From NCBI GenBank assembly GCA_032718475.1, contig JAUCBJ010008048.1, positions 1 to 64,000 on the forward strand: a stretch of DNA of 64,000 nt. Direction: 5' to 3'. The position numbers were made by a program, and so were the translations under genes. Every line of letters begins with the position of its first letter. Positions within the stretch are counted from its first letter, which is position 1. The stretch is from Nemertoderma westbladi. Taxonomy: Eukaryota; Animalia; Xenacoelomorpha. Shown here in pieces: positions 12,380-24,965 of the stretch. The notes under the pieces are model-generated. The model did not search any database. It was not told where the DNA came from and saw nothing but the letters and a program-made list of their open reading frames with translations.

Positions 12380-15300
12380 TGTAAAATCTTTTGCGTAATT
12401 AGCCGGTTATTATCCCCGTAAAGTACTCTGTGGTTGGTTTACCAGGCATAAAAAGGCCGTGTCCTTGCTGTACTGGTGTTTTAGAGGACATAAAAGCCAT
12501 TTCTTCTGTATTTGTACTTTAGAGGACATAATCCGCAATTTCGTGACGCAATAAGCTCGATACTCTTGAAAACAGTGTCGCTACCATGACGACGGCTAAC
12601 AGCTGATATTGCCACGTCGACATTTCTTTGTTTCTTTGTTCTCTCGTTGTTCGGTCGACCAATCAGAGCGTTTTTTGTCTCTGTGTTGGAGGTGGATACA
12701 GAAACTCAGGAATTCAGTGTTATGTTTTTGCCCAGAGCCTAAGAACACCGGCTTTTGGCACCTCCGTGTTTCAGTCTTTAGTCTTACATTAGTAGGCTTA
12801 ATTATAGAACGTATATCTGTTATCGAGTTACCTTATCAATGCTTACTAAACATATCATGCATATCTTACTTAACATTACTGCTTTTGCTGTCGGTTATTC
12901 ATTATATTTGTTGATGGAAGATTATATTTGGAATACTGATCAATAGTCAGACACCCAACCTTCTTGATATACTAAAGGTTAGAGAGACCGGTTACAGATA
13001 AACGATTGCGACCTATGTTAAGTGGTATGAAGTGAATCTAATGCTATTTTATAGGCCCTACATGTATTGTCTGTTATTCTCTTTGTATGTGACTAAAATT
13101 AGTGAAGGTCGGCAGATTGGTGTGCAGCATTGTGTATGATTGTGACTGATAACAAAGCATCTCCTAAAGAATGCGCCATATACGTGAATCTATAGCCTTT
13201 TCGTTGTGTCTAGTTTAAGTCATAACTCTGTTTACATATTTAGAGCGCCACGTCCTAAAGGAACTGTTAATATTTCCCGAAAGTGAATAATATTTGTCAG
13301 AGATTATATATTACGATCAGTCGAATAATACGGTAGGCTTACACCATCAATCATTAAGCTTCCGAATTCAGTCTCCCGGGTATATCCAGCGGGTGAATGA
13401 TTGCGCATAGACTGGCTTCGGCTAATGTAGTGTATCAAATACTCGTCATAGGCTAAAGACTATATATCATCCAAAAGACATCCTAATTTGGCAGGTTAAA
13501 CTGTCAAAGGTCTTAAAAGCGCAAACAATAACAGATATTGCTTCTGGATTGCGGTGTAAGCACTCTAGTCGAAAGTACCGGTCGACCGGAAACCTGTAGG
13601 CCTGACTGCCTGATCACCCGAACCGGTACTTACAGTACAGGTACAGCAGTATTATTCGATTTTGATAATTATATACCGGTAGGCCTTAATAATTAATCAG
13701 GGACTGCAGCCCTGGTTTTTTATTGAGATTTTACTTATTTCTGTCAAGTTTTATTTGTTTGTAGGCCAGTATTGAGCAGAAGGCGTGTAAGCCTGCTCAG
13801 ATTGTACAGATAATTTGTAGGCTTGACTGTTGTCTAACTGTTGGGTCTGAACGGATTGCAGTGTGTGTAGAGTCTGTCCGATAAAGTACGGTTAGGAAGT
13901 AGGGGCAGCCAGAGCTGTAAGGTCAATCCCCACCTAAAGAATAAGTCGTACTACCGTGTTAGAACGCATACTAACTAACCATTTTGGAATCTGCACATAC
14001 TGTAGTTTATTTGGGCTTGATAGTAGTCTGCCATCGTTTGGTCTGTACTTTGTTTGTGTAGTCTGTACGGGTAGCGTATAATTTTATTTAGATAATTTGT
14101 AGGCTGGATAGTTGTCTGGCTGTTGTTGGGTTTGAGGAAATTTCGGTGTGTGTAGAGCATCTGTCCAATAAAGTGCTAAGTTAGGAAAGTAGGGGCTTCA
14201 AGTGCTGTGAGGTAAACCCCCTGTGAAAGAATAAGTCGTACTACTGGGTTAGAACGCATACTAACTAATCATTTCGGAGTCTGCATATACCGTAGTTTGT
14301 TTAGGCTTGATAGTAGCCTGTCAGTATTTGGTCTGCATTTTGTTTGAGTAGTTTGTACGCGTAGCGTAATATTTATTATTCAGAGTTTATGCGATTATTC
14401 GCAACATTCATATCCCCAAGTTTATTCCTACAGTAATTGTGTTTGTTATACATACCGTTATAGTTAAACTAACCCGGTACTACATCAGGGCTGCTCGGCG
14501 TAGGTAAAGACTGGAGATTTTATGCTTTGGTCACTCCGGCAGATACCGTGGTTCTTTTAGCTGTTCAAGTATTTTTAACTACTGATTATTTGTTGTACAA
14601 GTACTTGTACCCAATTTAGGGTTTAGTGTACAGTACTTTCCGAAGATGATTAGTGTGTAGGCAGTATATTTGTGTTGTAAAGTGGTTAATAGGCACGTTG
14701 GTTCTGGTAGACCGCGGTAATTAACTTCTGGGTAGGAACACTCCGTGATACATAACGTAGTACCTATAGCGATACGGCTATAGGTCGTCAGACGGTGATA
14801 TTTTTCCTATCTGGACAGCGCAGTATATTTACTACTACTTATTATTTTCAAATACCGTAGTAACCTGTCCGTTGTAATAACCAGATATTCTAACCCTTTG
14901 TTAGGCTGGTTAGTAGACTTCTTGTAAAATTACCCTAAAAAATTCGTATTTGTGTATTTGTAATTAAATTTTTGTGTTTATTTAGAGATTGTAATCTCAA
15001 CCCGAATTGTACGTAATTTGTAGTATTAAGTAACTTAGGTAAATTAGAATTATTTGTTTTAGTGTCTAACAAGTAGCACTCCACTGAGAGCGCACAGCTT
15101 ATGTGTAGTGACTCCCCCAGAAATAATAACATTTATTTCAAACATTGACAAAACCCATTAAACGGGTATATATATATTATAAATCAACTCAAACGATTTA
15201 TAAATAGTAGGCCTGCCATACAACAATTAGGTCTCAATATCAGTTGGACTACTGCTTAAATAACGGTAATAAGTAAGTTAAAGTAACCAAGTAACCCTTA

Positions 15301-15720
15301 AAATTCAGAAATTCAATTATTCTAAAATAATTGATATACCGGTATTTACAATAGGCTTATTATCTTTATTTTTATAAATATAGGCTGAAATTATACCGGT
15401 ATTCTGTAATTAATTCTAGTCTGTAATTATACTTATATATATACACTATAAGTGTAAACTGCATACCGGTATTCACGATAGGCCTATTATATATTTTTAT
15501 ATTTGTGCTGAAAGTACCTACCGGCATTCTGTGACAAACCTAGTCTGTAATAATACTTATATATACTATAAGCATACCGGTATTCTAATATATTATATAT
15601 ATATCACGCTCCACTGAGTAGCAGTATCGGTAATTAATTATTAGGCTAACAGTGATACTGAATTACTAGACTTGCTTTAACTGTATTTATAGCCGTAGGC
15701 ATTCAACTGTGTAAACAAAC

Positions 15721-18700
15721 ATGTCTGACACAACCCAATCACTGTCGGATAGTCTCCTAGATAGTGTTAGAATGACTGTTAGACAGTGTCTTAAAAAGAT
15801 CAGTGACCCAGATCCAAGTATAGAACATCCTAGATCCAAGTCTAAGTCACCTCCTGCTGTAAGAAAGGCCATCCCTACTGTAGTAATCTCAGACCCTAGG
15901 CTAGTCCAACATCGTAGGTCTATCATAGGCACTCGAGCTCAGGTCAAGCGGGACCAAGAAGCAGCGGAACAGCAACAACCCGCGAGCCAAGAACTTATTT
16001 CTCAGCGGCCCGACTGCTCCAGTAGTGCGGATACTGTAGAGCTGACACCCGAACGCGGAGCAAAGAAGGTAGAGGCGGTTTATTCGGATCCCCTTCTCAT
16101 CCTTCCTGCAGCCGTACTCACTGGGATATTGGTCGCGGTGGAAGAACACCAGATCGATTGGGCGAGAAGTCAGCGATCGACTAAAGATAGTTATGCGGGA
16201 TATACAAGGGAAGAACTGAAGTCTATTGTCGAGTCGCAATGGAACTTCCCCGGACCCGGACTCCCGTTTGATTTATCAGAAGCTACCTGGGAAGACATAC
16301 ACCGGATGGGAGTAACCAAGGAAACCGTCGATCCAGCTGTGTGGAAGAGGTCCGCAGCCGGATACGTACAGGGATTCTTCAGCTCCATGGAGCGATTAGA
16401 AAAACAACTGTTTCAACAACCCCAAGGACCTCAAGAGCAGGGACAGCTGCTTTATCAAGTTAGAGAAAGAATTTTACGAATCAGGCTAATCTTATCGGCC
16501 TTTGAGGAGGCTTCTAAAAGAAGACAAGACACGTCGTTGCAAGTTGCCGTAAAGACTTGGTTTCAACGGGTGAGTCTCCAAGTTCAAGGAACGGCTCAGT
16601 GGAAAGCTCAGCTGGAGGAGCGCTCAACCCATGGAGAATCAACAGACGCTACTTTTTCCCAAGTGGAAAGTGAAGCGACGGCAGAGAACCCGCATAAGAG
16701 GGATGCCATTGATATCTATCTGTCAGACTATCAACGTTTCTTAGGTGATGAAGAGTTGAGGAGAAGGTTGGATGGACTTAACCCTAATAGTGAAGGAGCA
16801 CAGCGTGTGCTTGACGCCATCGACGTGGATAGGTTAGTGGCGAACCAAGCTAAATTCGATGAACAACTCCGCATCGCTAGAGACCAAGAAGAAAAGGTGA
16901 AGAAAAAACGCATAGAAGACAGAAAGAAAGCAGCAGTAGCAGCTGCAGAAGCCGAAAGGAAAGCAGCCGAAGAGGAAAGTAAAGCAGCCGAAATGGAAAG
17001 AAAAGCGGCAGCGGCAGCGGCAGAGGCAGAAGCGAAAAGAAAAGCGGCAGCGGCAGAGGCAGAAGTGAAAAGAAAAGCAGCCGAAATGGAAAGAAAAGCG
17101 GCAATGGCAGCGGCAGAAGCAGAGCGGATAGCGGCTGAAGAGATCGCCCAATTAGAATTGGAAAATATTCAGGAGAATCAAGACTGCATAAATAAACAGT
17201 TAACAGCTAGTAATATGCAGATGATGAATCGATCTACTCCCAAAAGACATGGATATACATCATCTGAGGAAGGTGATACCACCGATACTGAAGGCAAAGG
17301 AAATAGATCTCACATAAGCAGACGTAAAAGAACATCCCACCGTCAGAAATTGCCTGATTTGCCTCCAGCTGTTAGAAGGCAACTAAATAACACCAACTTA
17401 GGTAGTACAGAACCCACAGACCAAATAATTACAATAGAGAGACTCCCTACTATAGTAGATGAGCCTGAAATAATTAGGCCTGTTCCCGAAGCTACCCTTT
17501 CGGTGGTAGAGACACCTGTACTCCCTGAACCTACCTCTAAATTCCCTTTGCACAGTACTAAGCTACCTGTGCCCAGCAGAACAGCCCATGAGACAGTTCA
17601 TGCCCTGGACTCCAAGCGAAATATTCATGATTTGTCGCCCGTTGTCCCTCGTCCGCCCGCTACAACGTTGGCGAATCCCGCTTCGGCAGTCGAATGGGTG
17701 GATGAGAGACGACGGGGGATGGATCTCCTGCTCGGACAGATGCAGGAGACCGTTCAGCAATTCAAGGGCACAGTAAGGGAAAGTAGGTTAGAGTTGCAAG
17801 AAGTGCAGCAAAGTATCGCGCTAGAACGCGATAAATTAGTAAATACACAAAGGGGTATACCACCACCCCCTGTAACAATGTGTCAACCTGTTAGGTCTGA
17901 AGTATCTCATGCGCAAGGTGTGGAGCCTACACGCATCTATACTGCTAGTGAAGTAGAAACTCCTATAGTAAACCCTATTCAGGGTGATTATAAACCTGTT
18001 GATAATAATATTCCATATAGACCTGATCATAATCCGAGAAATTTATATACCAATAACTCGATATTAAATAACACGATGGCCCAAGAAAGTTTTACGCGTC
18101 AAATGGCTAGAACCGAAGCCCGGCAAGCGGTAAAGGTGGGAGAGATAGTCAAGTTCAATGGAGATGAGATGAAATGGTTACCTTTTAATGAATATTACAA
18201 AGATAACATACAGAATTCTGTGCTATCTAACGGAGAGAAACTCAGATACCTCATCGAATGCTTGGAAGGACCTCCCAAGTTAATGGCGTTAAAATTTATT
18301 GGACATCCAGACGGATTAAGACAAGTTTGGGATACACTAAACATCAGGTATGGTAATAGGAATAACATAGCTAGGTATTTGTATGCAAAATTAATGGCGC
18401 CCCGAAAGTTTCTTAGCAGCGGGATTATAGAGTTTTCCGATGAGATTCAGGAGATCTGTAGACAATTAGATTGGCTAGGTAAGTCTCATGAATACCAGAA
18501 TTCTATGGTTGTAGGAGCCTTAGCATCTACTTTGCCCAAGGGTGGAGTAGGTACACGCTGGGACAAGAAAGTGTTATATATGATGGAACAACAACGACGA
18601 GACCCTACCATGGCTGATCTCATGTCATTCTTAGATGGAGAAGTGAAATTACAGCTCCTAAGGCAGTCCAGAGAGAAGACACTGGAAAACAAGGTAAGTG

Positions 18701-19395
18701 AGAAACCCGTTTCTAGGAGAAGGGTAACACCAGTGTGTTATACAGACGACGGCGAAAGCCAGACTTCTCAAGGAGAGGATAGTGGGAAAGACACTGAAAG
18801 ATCTTATTATGTCAATAAAACGCCTAAAGACCAGGTAAGTAAATTCAAGTCTCGAACCAATGACAGGAGAGAACAGGTAAGAAAAACTCCTCCTACGTCT
18901 CCCAAGAGAATTCAGGTGAGAAAGCCCGAGGAAAGAACGAACGTGCACCACACAGCACATGTTAAAGTAAGTAACATCAAGCCCAAATGTGTGCTGTGCG
19001 ATGGGCCCCACCGTTTAAGTGCGTGTGATGAATTCCTGAGGAAATCACTAAAGGACAGACGTGAAGTCATGTGGGATAAGCGGTTGTGTTATAATTGCCT
19101 CAGACGAGGACACCAACGGCGAACCTGTTACTCCGACGTAAGGTGTGCAAAGTGCGGCGCAAAACATCATATCTTGTTGCACACGGAATTCGAACGAAAC
19201 AGCCCGAGTCAGGTAAGTGAGTCCGAACTACATGTCCAATTCAGTGATGTGAACGACACTGACCAATATTCTGAGATGGAAGGATTCTATACGGACGAAT
19301 TCTCCGACGAAAACGAATCCTGTTACCTAACAAATACCGCAGTGTATCGAGCACTTACGTATGAAAAAGACACCGACAGCGAGCCCCCCCCATAA
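15721..19395 (+). CDS. gag: BEL/Pao gag polyprotein (1224 aa)
   Basis: DUF1759-like block (KFNGDEMKWLPF...LSNGEKLRYLIECLEG). BEL-type triple Zn knuckle CVLCDGPHRLSAC / CYNCLRRGHQRRTC / CAKCGAKHHILLH. EAK-rich coiled coil. Confidence 0.9.
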   Translation: MSDTTQSLSDSLLDSVRMTVRQCLKKISDPDPSIEHPRSKSKSPPAVRKAIPTVVISDPRLVQHRRSIIGTRAQVKRDQEAAEQQQPASQELISQRPDCSSSADTVELTPERGAKKVEAVYSDPLLILPAAVLTGILVAVEEHQIDWARSQRSTKDSYAGYTREELKSIVESQWNFPGPGLPFDLSEATWEDIHRMGVTKETVDPAVWKRSAAGYVQGFFSSMERLEKQLFQQPQGPQEQGQLLYQVRERILRIRLILSAFEEASKRRQDTSLQVAVKTWFQRVSLQVQGTAQWKAQLEERSTHGESTDATFSQVESEATAENPHKRDAIDIYLSDYQRFLGDEELRRRLDGLNPNSEGAQRVLDAIDVDRLVANQAKFDEQLRIARDQEEKVKKKRIEDRKKAAVAAAEAERKAAEEESKAAEMERKAAAAAAEAEAKRKAAAAEAEVKRKAAEMERKAAMAAAEAERIAAEEIAQLELENIQENQDCINKQLTASNMQMMNRSTPKRHGYTSSEEGDTTDTEGKGNRSHISRRKRTSHRQKLPDLPPAVRRQLNNTNLGSTEPTDQIITIERLPTIVDEPEIIRPVPEATLSVVETPVLPEPTSKFPLHSTKLPVPSRTAHETVHALDSKRNIHDLSPVVPRPPATTLANPASAVEWVDERRRGMDLLLGQMQETVQQFKGTVRESRLELQEVQQSIALERDKLVNTQRGIPPPPVTMCQPVRSEVSHAQGVEPTRIYTASEVETPIVNPIQGDYKPVDNNIPYRPDHNPRNLYTNNSILNNTMAQESFTRQMARTEARQAVKVGEIVKFNGDEMKWLPFNEYYKDNIQNSVLSNGEKLRYLIECLEGPPKLMALKFIGHPDGLRQVWDTLNIRYGNRNNIARYLYAKLMAPRKFLSSGIIEFSDEIQEICRQLDWLGKSHEYQNSMVVGALASTLPKGGVGTRWDKKVLYMMEQQRRDPTMADLMSFLDGEVKLQLLRQSREKTLENKVSEKPVSRRRVTPVCYTDDGESQTSQGEDSGKDTERSYYVNKTPKDQVSKFKSRTNDRREQVRKTPPTSPKRIQVRKPEERTNVHHTAHVKVSNIKPKCVLCDGPHRLSACDEFLRKSLKDRREVMWDKRLCYNCLRRGHQRRTCYSDVRCAKCGAKHHILLHTEFERNSPSQVSESELHVQFSDVNDTDQYSEMEGFYTDEFSDENESCYLTNTAVYRALTYEKDTDSEPPP

Positions 19396-20420
19396 CTACT
19401 TCTGACAGACAACCATCTTGGAAAGCACCACCTTCCAATGTAGGAATCCGAGAATTTCCTGTAGTACAGGTAAGGGTCCACGGACCTAAAAGGAGTTATG
19501 TAGTGAACGCCCTCCTTGACTCCGGTAGTACAGGAACATTCATCGACAAAGAACTAGCCGAAGACATCTTTGCTGGACAACCCAAGTTCCGAACTAAGCT
19601 AAACATGTCAGGAATTATGCAGGTTTGGAAATCTACAGTAATCGCAGATTATTATGTACGTGCGTTGTCCACCCCCCAGGATGAACTAGGAGAACACAGC
19701 ATAAGGTCAGTAAAAATGTTAGCGATAAAGAACTTCGCGACCAGCCAAGTGGAACCTTATAACTGGGATGAGGACGATTTCACCCAGCAGTTTGAAATAC
19801 CTAGATTCAACACCGATTACCCTGGAGTCCAAATACTCGTCGGTCAAAATGCGCATGAAGCGCTCGAGACATTGGAGAAACGGCCTGCTCAACCGCAACC
19901 TCTACAAGTTTATGCGGGAAGAACTAGTGTAGGTTGGTACTTTACTGGCCCTTCTCGTAGAACTCTTATGGAAAGATTACCAAAAGAACAGGTATATCAA
20001 TTAAGTGAACGGGAAGTGGAGAGCAGTGAAGTTGACGACCCAACTGAGGGAACACCATACTCCTCAGATAATGACGACATCAACTCCAATGTAGATCAAT
20101 GGAGACATCGCCCCGAGACGATCGATCTAGCCGACATCGCCTCCAGAGGAGCAACTCCTCAAGAACTTACAGATACTCCAGACTGGTTAGGTGAACCCGA
20201 CTTCCTAAGTAAAGAAGATGAATGGCCTCCCCATCTTAACCCGGTGAAGATTAGACAGGCCAAGGGAGCGGAGAAAGTAACACAACCACTCAATCGCCCA
20301 GCTGGTTGTTTATGTTTACTGGAAAGAGACCGAAAACTGTCCGGAAACTATGGAAGGCAAGATACTCTTCCCACGACCACCTCCCTAATCCAACAAATAT
20401 CTAGGGACTCCATAACGTAA
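19392..20420 (+). CDS. Aspartic protease fused to short pol remnants (RT, RNase H and integrase deleted); -1 frame relative to gag
   Basis: ALLDSGS catalytic motif and ILVG flap-like motif. Then QWRH...ADIASRG...W..EPDFL...WP (post-RNase H BEL motif) and RPAGCLCLL (BEL C-terminal motif). Confidence 0.8.
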   Translation: MTTSDRQPSWKAPPSNVGIREFPVVQVRVHGPKRSYVVNALLDSGSTGTFIDKELAEDIFAGQPKFRTKLNMSGIMQVWKSTVIADYYVRALSTPQDELGEHSIRSVKMLAIKNFATSQVEPYNWDEDDFTQQFEIPRFNTDYPGVQILVGQNAHEALETLEKRPAQPQPLQVYAGRTSVGWYFTGPSRRTLMERLPKEQVYQLSEREVESSEVDDPTEGTPYSSDNDDINSNVDQWRHRPETIDLADIASRGATPQELTDTPDWLGEPDFLSKEDEWPPHLNPVKIRQAKGAEKVTQPLNRPAGCLCLLERDRKLSGNYGRQDTLPTTTSLIQQISRDSIT

Positions 20421-20436
20421 CAACATACGGAGTGGG

Positions 20437-20739
20437 TGTGTGACTACATTATTTTATATTTATTTTATTATTTTATATTATGTATGTATTATTATGTAAT
20501 TTTATTATAATCGTTTTCTTTAATTTTATTTAGTAGAATGTTATTTAGTGATTATTTAGTAGATCAGTGCAATATATTAGTGTTTATTACTTAATTACTT
20601 ATATATTATATTTAGTGCGACGGCGAGAAATAATTATTTTTCTCTTTCCTTGCTGCCCGTATTACATTACGAATACGTGACTACAGTAAGATGAAATGTC
20701 CGTACTTATTAAAGTACAATAAAGCTCCTACTATATTCA
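20437..20739 (+). repeat. LTR-like segment (TG...CA, ~300 bp) unrelated to the flanking LTRs
   Basis: Directly follows purine tract GGAGTGGG after the pol stop. Starts TGTG, has AATAAA at 20718 and ends TTCA. TGGTAGGCAGAG follows 8 nt later. Confidence 0.4.
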
Positions 20740-20741
20740 AG

Positions 20742-21998
20742 TATTATTGGTAGGCAGAGTATTAGGAATGCAAAGTTCAGATCCTCGTGTCTCGGCTAAA
20801 CCAAGCTATGGGTAGACCTTGGAAACGACTTGCCTCTTCTCACTGACATTGCTTCGTGCGATATTGCTCTCATACCGTATATTAAATAATACATATAGTA
20901 GCGTGATGTCCCTTTAACAGTAGCGTATAACGCAAAATAAATCTGTTAAACCCTTTGACCATCTGCAATTCTAGTCGATTAAGATATCGCGGCACCCACC
21001 GATATACTTGAAAGACAAAATTCTAGAATCAGTGGTTAACGTCCCCAGACAAGTTCTGAAATAAACTGGTGCCCATCCTAAATATTAATTATTAATATTT
21101 ACAAAATCTGTCAAATTTTAGATCCTTTAACATTCTAGTCGATTAAGATATCGTAGCATTTACCGATACTCTTAAAAAGACAAATTCATAGAATCAAGGA
21201 TCATATGTCCCCAGATATGCTCTGGAATCAAATTGTGTCAATTTAACTATCAAATAATAAAATTTCAGGGAATAAATTTAAATTCATACTTTAATGAATT
21301 TAATAAATTGCAATTTTATACAATTTATAACATTCCCAAAATTCCATTAATTAATAGATCATGGGAGTGGAGATCCACTATATTAAGTGTATTTGTGTGT
21401 GAGAATCTCCAATGTATAGTCAATAGCCGATAAAATTCATAAAATCCCATATAGAGAGGATATTGACAATTAAAGAATTACTATTAAATAGCATCCCAGA
21501 TCTGTATGCATGAGAATTACCCTAATTCTACCGCTAGCTTTCCATAATGTCACCATGGCAACAACCACGCTAGAATTAGAAGTGAGTTAAAAGAACAATA
21601 AAGGGCTTGCGCATTGAATAGCATAGTGAATAAATAGCGCACCGCTAGTATCCAAGAATACATAATAACAACGTGACATTCTGGAAGGCACTTGACTAAC
21701 GGACAAATGACCCGAATGTGTGATAGAATGTGTACCATTTGTGACTGTTACGTGGAATTTGTGCGTTTGTAGGTGAATGTTACTACTAAGGTGTGTTTAC
21801 AGTAGCGAGTCGCAATTGTGAAAGTAACCCTAACTCTCCAGTAAGAACCTGAAGTATATCTAAGCCTTTGGGACGGACGGTGGAGTGGATCGTGCTGGTT
21901 GTTGTAGTCGTTGTGCAGCTACGACGTTGGCGATAGGCACATCGGCGAAAGTACACCAGCGCTGAGGATCTCGCACTGTCCGGGGGCAGAGAGGGGTA
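20742..21998 (+). repeat. 1.26-kb direct repeat, copy 1
   Basis: Near-identical to 23666-24924. Confidence 0.92.
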
Positions 21999-22894
21999 CC
22001 CGGGTTGAGAATCTTATCATATTAGTAAAGTACTACCTAATGGCAAGGTACTGGCATGATAATTTTACTAAATTTTTACAATTACCACATTTTGCATTAT
22101 TTGTTAAGGAATTAAAAAATACTTGCCAAGTACAGTATAGATTTTAAGAAATATTTGGGTGGGCACTTATCATGCAATGCACTTAACAAATTCTTAACAA
22201 ATTTTGTATACCTAGAATATAATTTCGATGACTTTATAATCATGCAATGCACTTAGCAAATTTTTAACAAATTTTGTATACCTAGAACATACTTTCGTTG
22301 ACTTTATAACTTGACAAAAATTTAATAAGAACTTTAGTGGTGCTTGACACGCATTGCAATTAAAAATCAGTCACATGATCCACCGCCAATAAATGACTCA
22401 TTCAGTCATTTTGTGGTCAGTAGGCCTACTGCTGAACTGCAGAGTTGCGTTTATTGAGTTTTCTTTATTTACGTTTAATTGTTTAATGAGTTTTGCTTAC
22501 TTTAATAAATAGTGTATAGCGTTTTGTTACTTTAATTTATACTGGTAGCTTTATTGCTGTTTGTTTACTTCAATTCAATTGTTTATTGTATTTTGTACTC
22601 TTTAATTTTGTTATTATTTATAGAGTTTTGTAATCTTTAATTGTTTAGTGCCTTTTGTATACTTGTTTTGTTTATTGTTTATTTGTTTTGTTTGTACTGT
22701 CTATATCGTTAATGAAATATTTATGGTTTGCCTAATTGTCCGATTGTTGCTAATTGACAATTTAATTGAATTAATGCCTAATTGATACAATTAAAATTCA
22801 AGTTATTTGAATGTTAGTGAAATTTGATTAATAACAATTGACTTTGGAAGAATTGGAATTTAAAAAAGGCCTCATAATCCAAAGACATATATTG

Positions 22895-23665
22895 AACTCC
22901 GTGATGTTGTTGGGGATCTGGCCTCTCTAGCATTTGGACCACGAAACGTGACAGTCGGAACCCATAGTCAGAGACCAGCCTGGATTAAGTGGAGAGGCAG
23001 GACTTGGTGTGATGTATGAGTTCGGGGGGCATTCAACCGGCAGACTCAGGCGTTGTTAGATATCAGGGTCGTAAACCGATGACGCCGAGCCATATGCGGG
23101 ACGCCCCCCGATGAGGGTCCTAGAATCTGTGGAGGACGCTAAAACCGCACTATATGTGGAACCAGCGAGACAGAGGAGAGCGGACTTTTGCACCCTTCGT
23201 AGTCTCTTGTCTCTCCGTAGAATGGAGTTCTGGCACCGCATGCCAACAAGCTCCCGAGTATCTTCGCTGATAGGTTACACCACAACTGGGACAGACCTTA
23301 TAGCACCGTCATGGAGTGGGTTCGCCGCCGTGTGCAGTTCGCCATAGTTCGAGGGGCTTCTCATTGCATCAGGGAGTCGAGGCTATAGTGGCACAGTGGT
23401 CTGGGTACGGAGGATGGATTGCCGATCACTCCACTCGTCTGACGCTGTAAACTGAATCTGTAAACTATGTTGTGTTGTGCTTTCTCTTATTTGTATCTGT
23501 GTTATCTATTTGGCATTATAGTTACTGTAGGTTCTTGTAAAACTCTCAGAGTATAATATTAATTGTAATTTTGCTTTATATTATATTATTGTTAAAGCTG
23601 TTTCATTGTACTAAACGGGGGTCTGGGGTATGGGAGCGGCAGCTCCCAATAAAAAATAACAAAAT
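22895..23665 (+). pseudogene. CRE-clade non-LTR retrotransposon 3' fragment with 3' UTR and A-rich tail
   Basis: Degenerate translation ELRDVVGDLASLAFG...LDIRVVN...PYAGRPPMRVLESVEDAK...WVRRRVQFAIVRGASHCI; ends AATAAAAAATAACAAAA. Confidence 0.7.
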
Positions 23666-24924
23666 TATTATTGGTAGGCAGAGTATTAGGAATGCAAAGT
23701 TCAGATCCTCGTGTCTCGGCTAAACCAAGCTCTGGGTAGACCTTGGAAACGACTTGCCTCTTCACACTGACATTGCTTCGTGCGATATTGCTCTCATACC
23801 GTATATTAAATAATACATATAGTAGCGTGATGTCCCTTTAACAGTGGCGTATAACGCAAAATAAATCTGTTAAACCCTTTGACCATCTGTAATTCTAGTC
23901 GATTAAGATATCGCGGCACCCACCGATATACTTGAAAGACAAATTTCTAGAATCAATGGTTAACGTCCCCAGACAAGTTCTGGAATAAACTGGTGCCCAT
24001 CCTAAATATTAATTATTAATATTTACAAAAATCTGTCAAATATCAGATCCTTTAAAATTCTAGTCGATTAAGATATCGTAGCACTTACCGATACTCTTAA
24101 AAGGACAAAATTCCTAGAATCAAGGATCCCAGTCCCCAGACACGTTCTGGAATAAAATTGTGTATATTTAACATTAAATAATAAAATTTACGGGAATAAA
24201 TTTAAATTCAGATATTTCAATGAATTTAATAAATTGTCATTTTGTACAATTTATAACATTCCCAAAATTCCATTAATTAATAGATCATGGGAGCGGAGAT
24301 TCACTCTATTAAGTGTATTTGTGTGCGAGAATCTCCAATGTATAGTCAATAGCCGATAAAATTCATAGAATCATGTATAAAGGGGATATTGACCATTAAA
24401 GACTTACTATTAAATAGCATCCCAGATCTGTATGCATGAGAATTACCATAATTCTACCGCTAGCTTTCCATAATGTCACCATGGCAACAACCACGCTAGA
24501 ATTAGAAGTGAATTAAAAGAACAATAAAGAGCTTGCGTATTGAATAGCATACGGAATAAATAGCACACCGCTAGTATCCAAGAATACATAATAACAACGT
24601 GACATTCTGGAAGGCACTTGACTAACGGACAAATGACCCGAATGTGTGATAGAATGTGTACCATTTGTGACTGTTACGTGGAATTTGTGCGTTTGTAGGT
24701 GAATGTTACTACTAAGGTGTGTTTACAGTAGCGAGTCGCAATTGTGAAAGTAACCCTAACTCTCCAGTAAGAAACTGAAGTATATCTAAGCCTTTGGGAC
24801 GGACGGTGGAGTGGCTCGTGCTGGTTGTTGTAGTCGTTGTGCAGCTACGACATTGGCGATAGGCACATCGGCGAAAGTACACCAGCGCTGAGGATCTCGC
24901 ACTGTCCGGGGGCAGAGAGGGGTA
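23666..24924 (+). repeat. 1.26-kb direct repeat, copy 2
   Basis: Near-identical to 20742-21998. Confidence 0.92.
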
Positions 24925-24965
24925 GGCAGCGACGCCCGCTCGCCTAAATATAAACTCACTATAAT

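Noticed and set aside
12609-12914. Small ORF shared by the LTR copies (also 5105-5290 and 26891-27220)
   Set aside because: Start, length and frame differ among copies; the similarity simply reflects LTR homology.
20742-24924. The 1.26-kb repeats as LTRs of a separate small element
   Set aside because: No TG...CA ends, no TSD and no PPT before the second copy.
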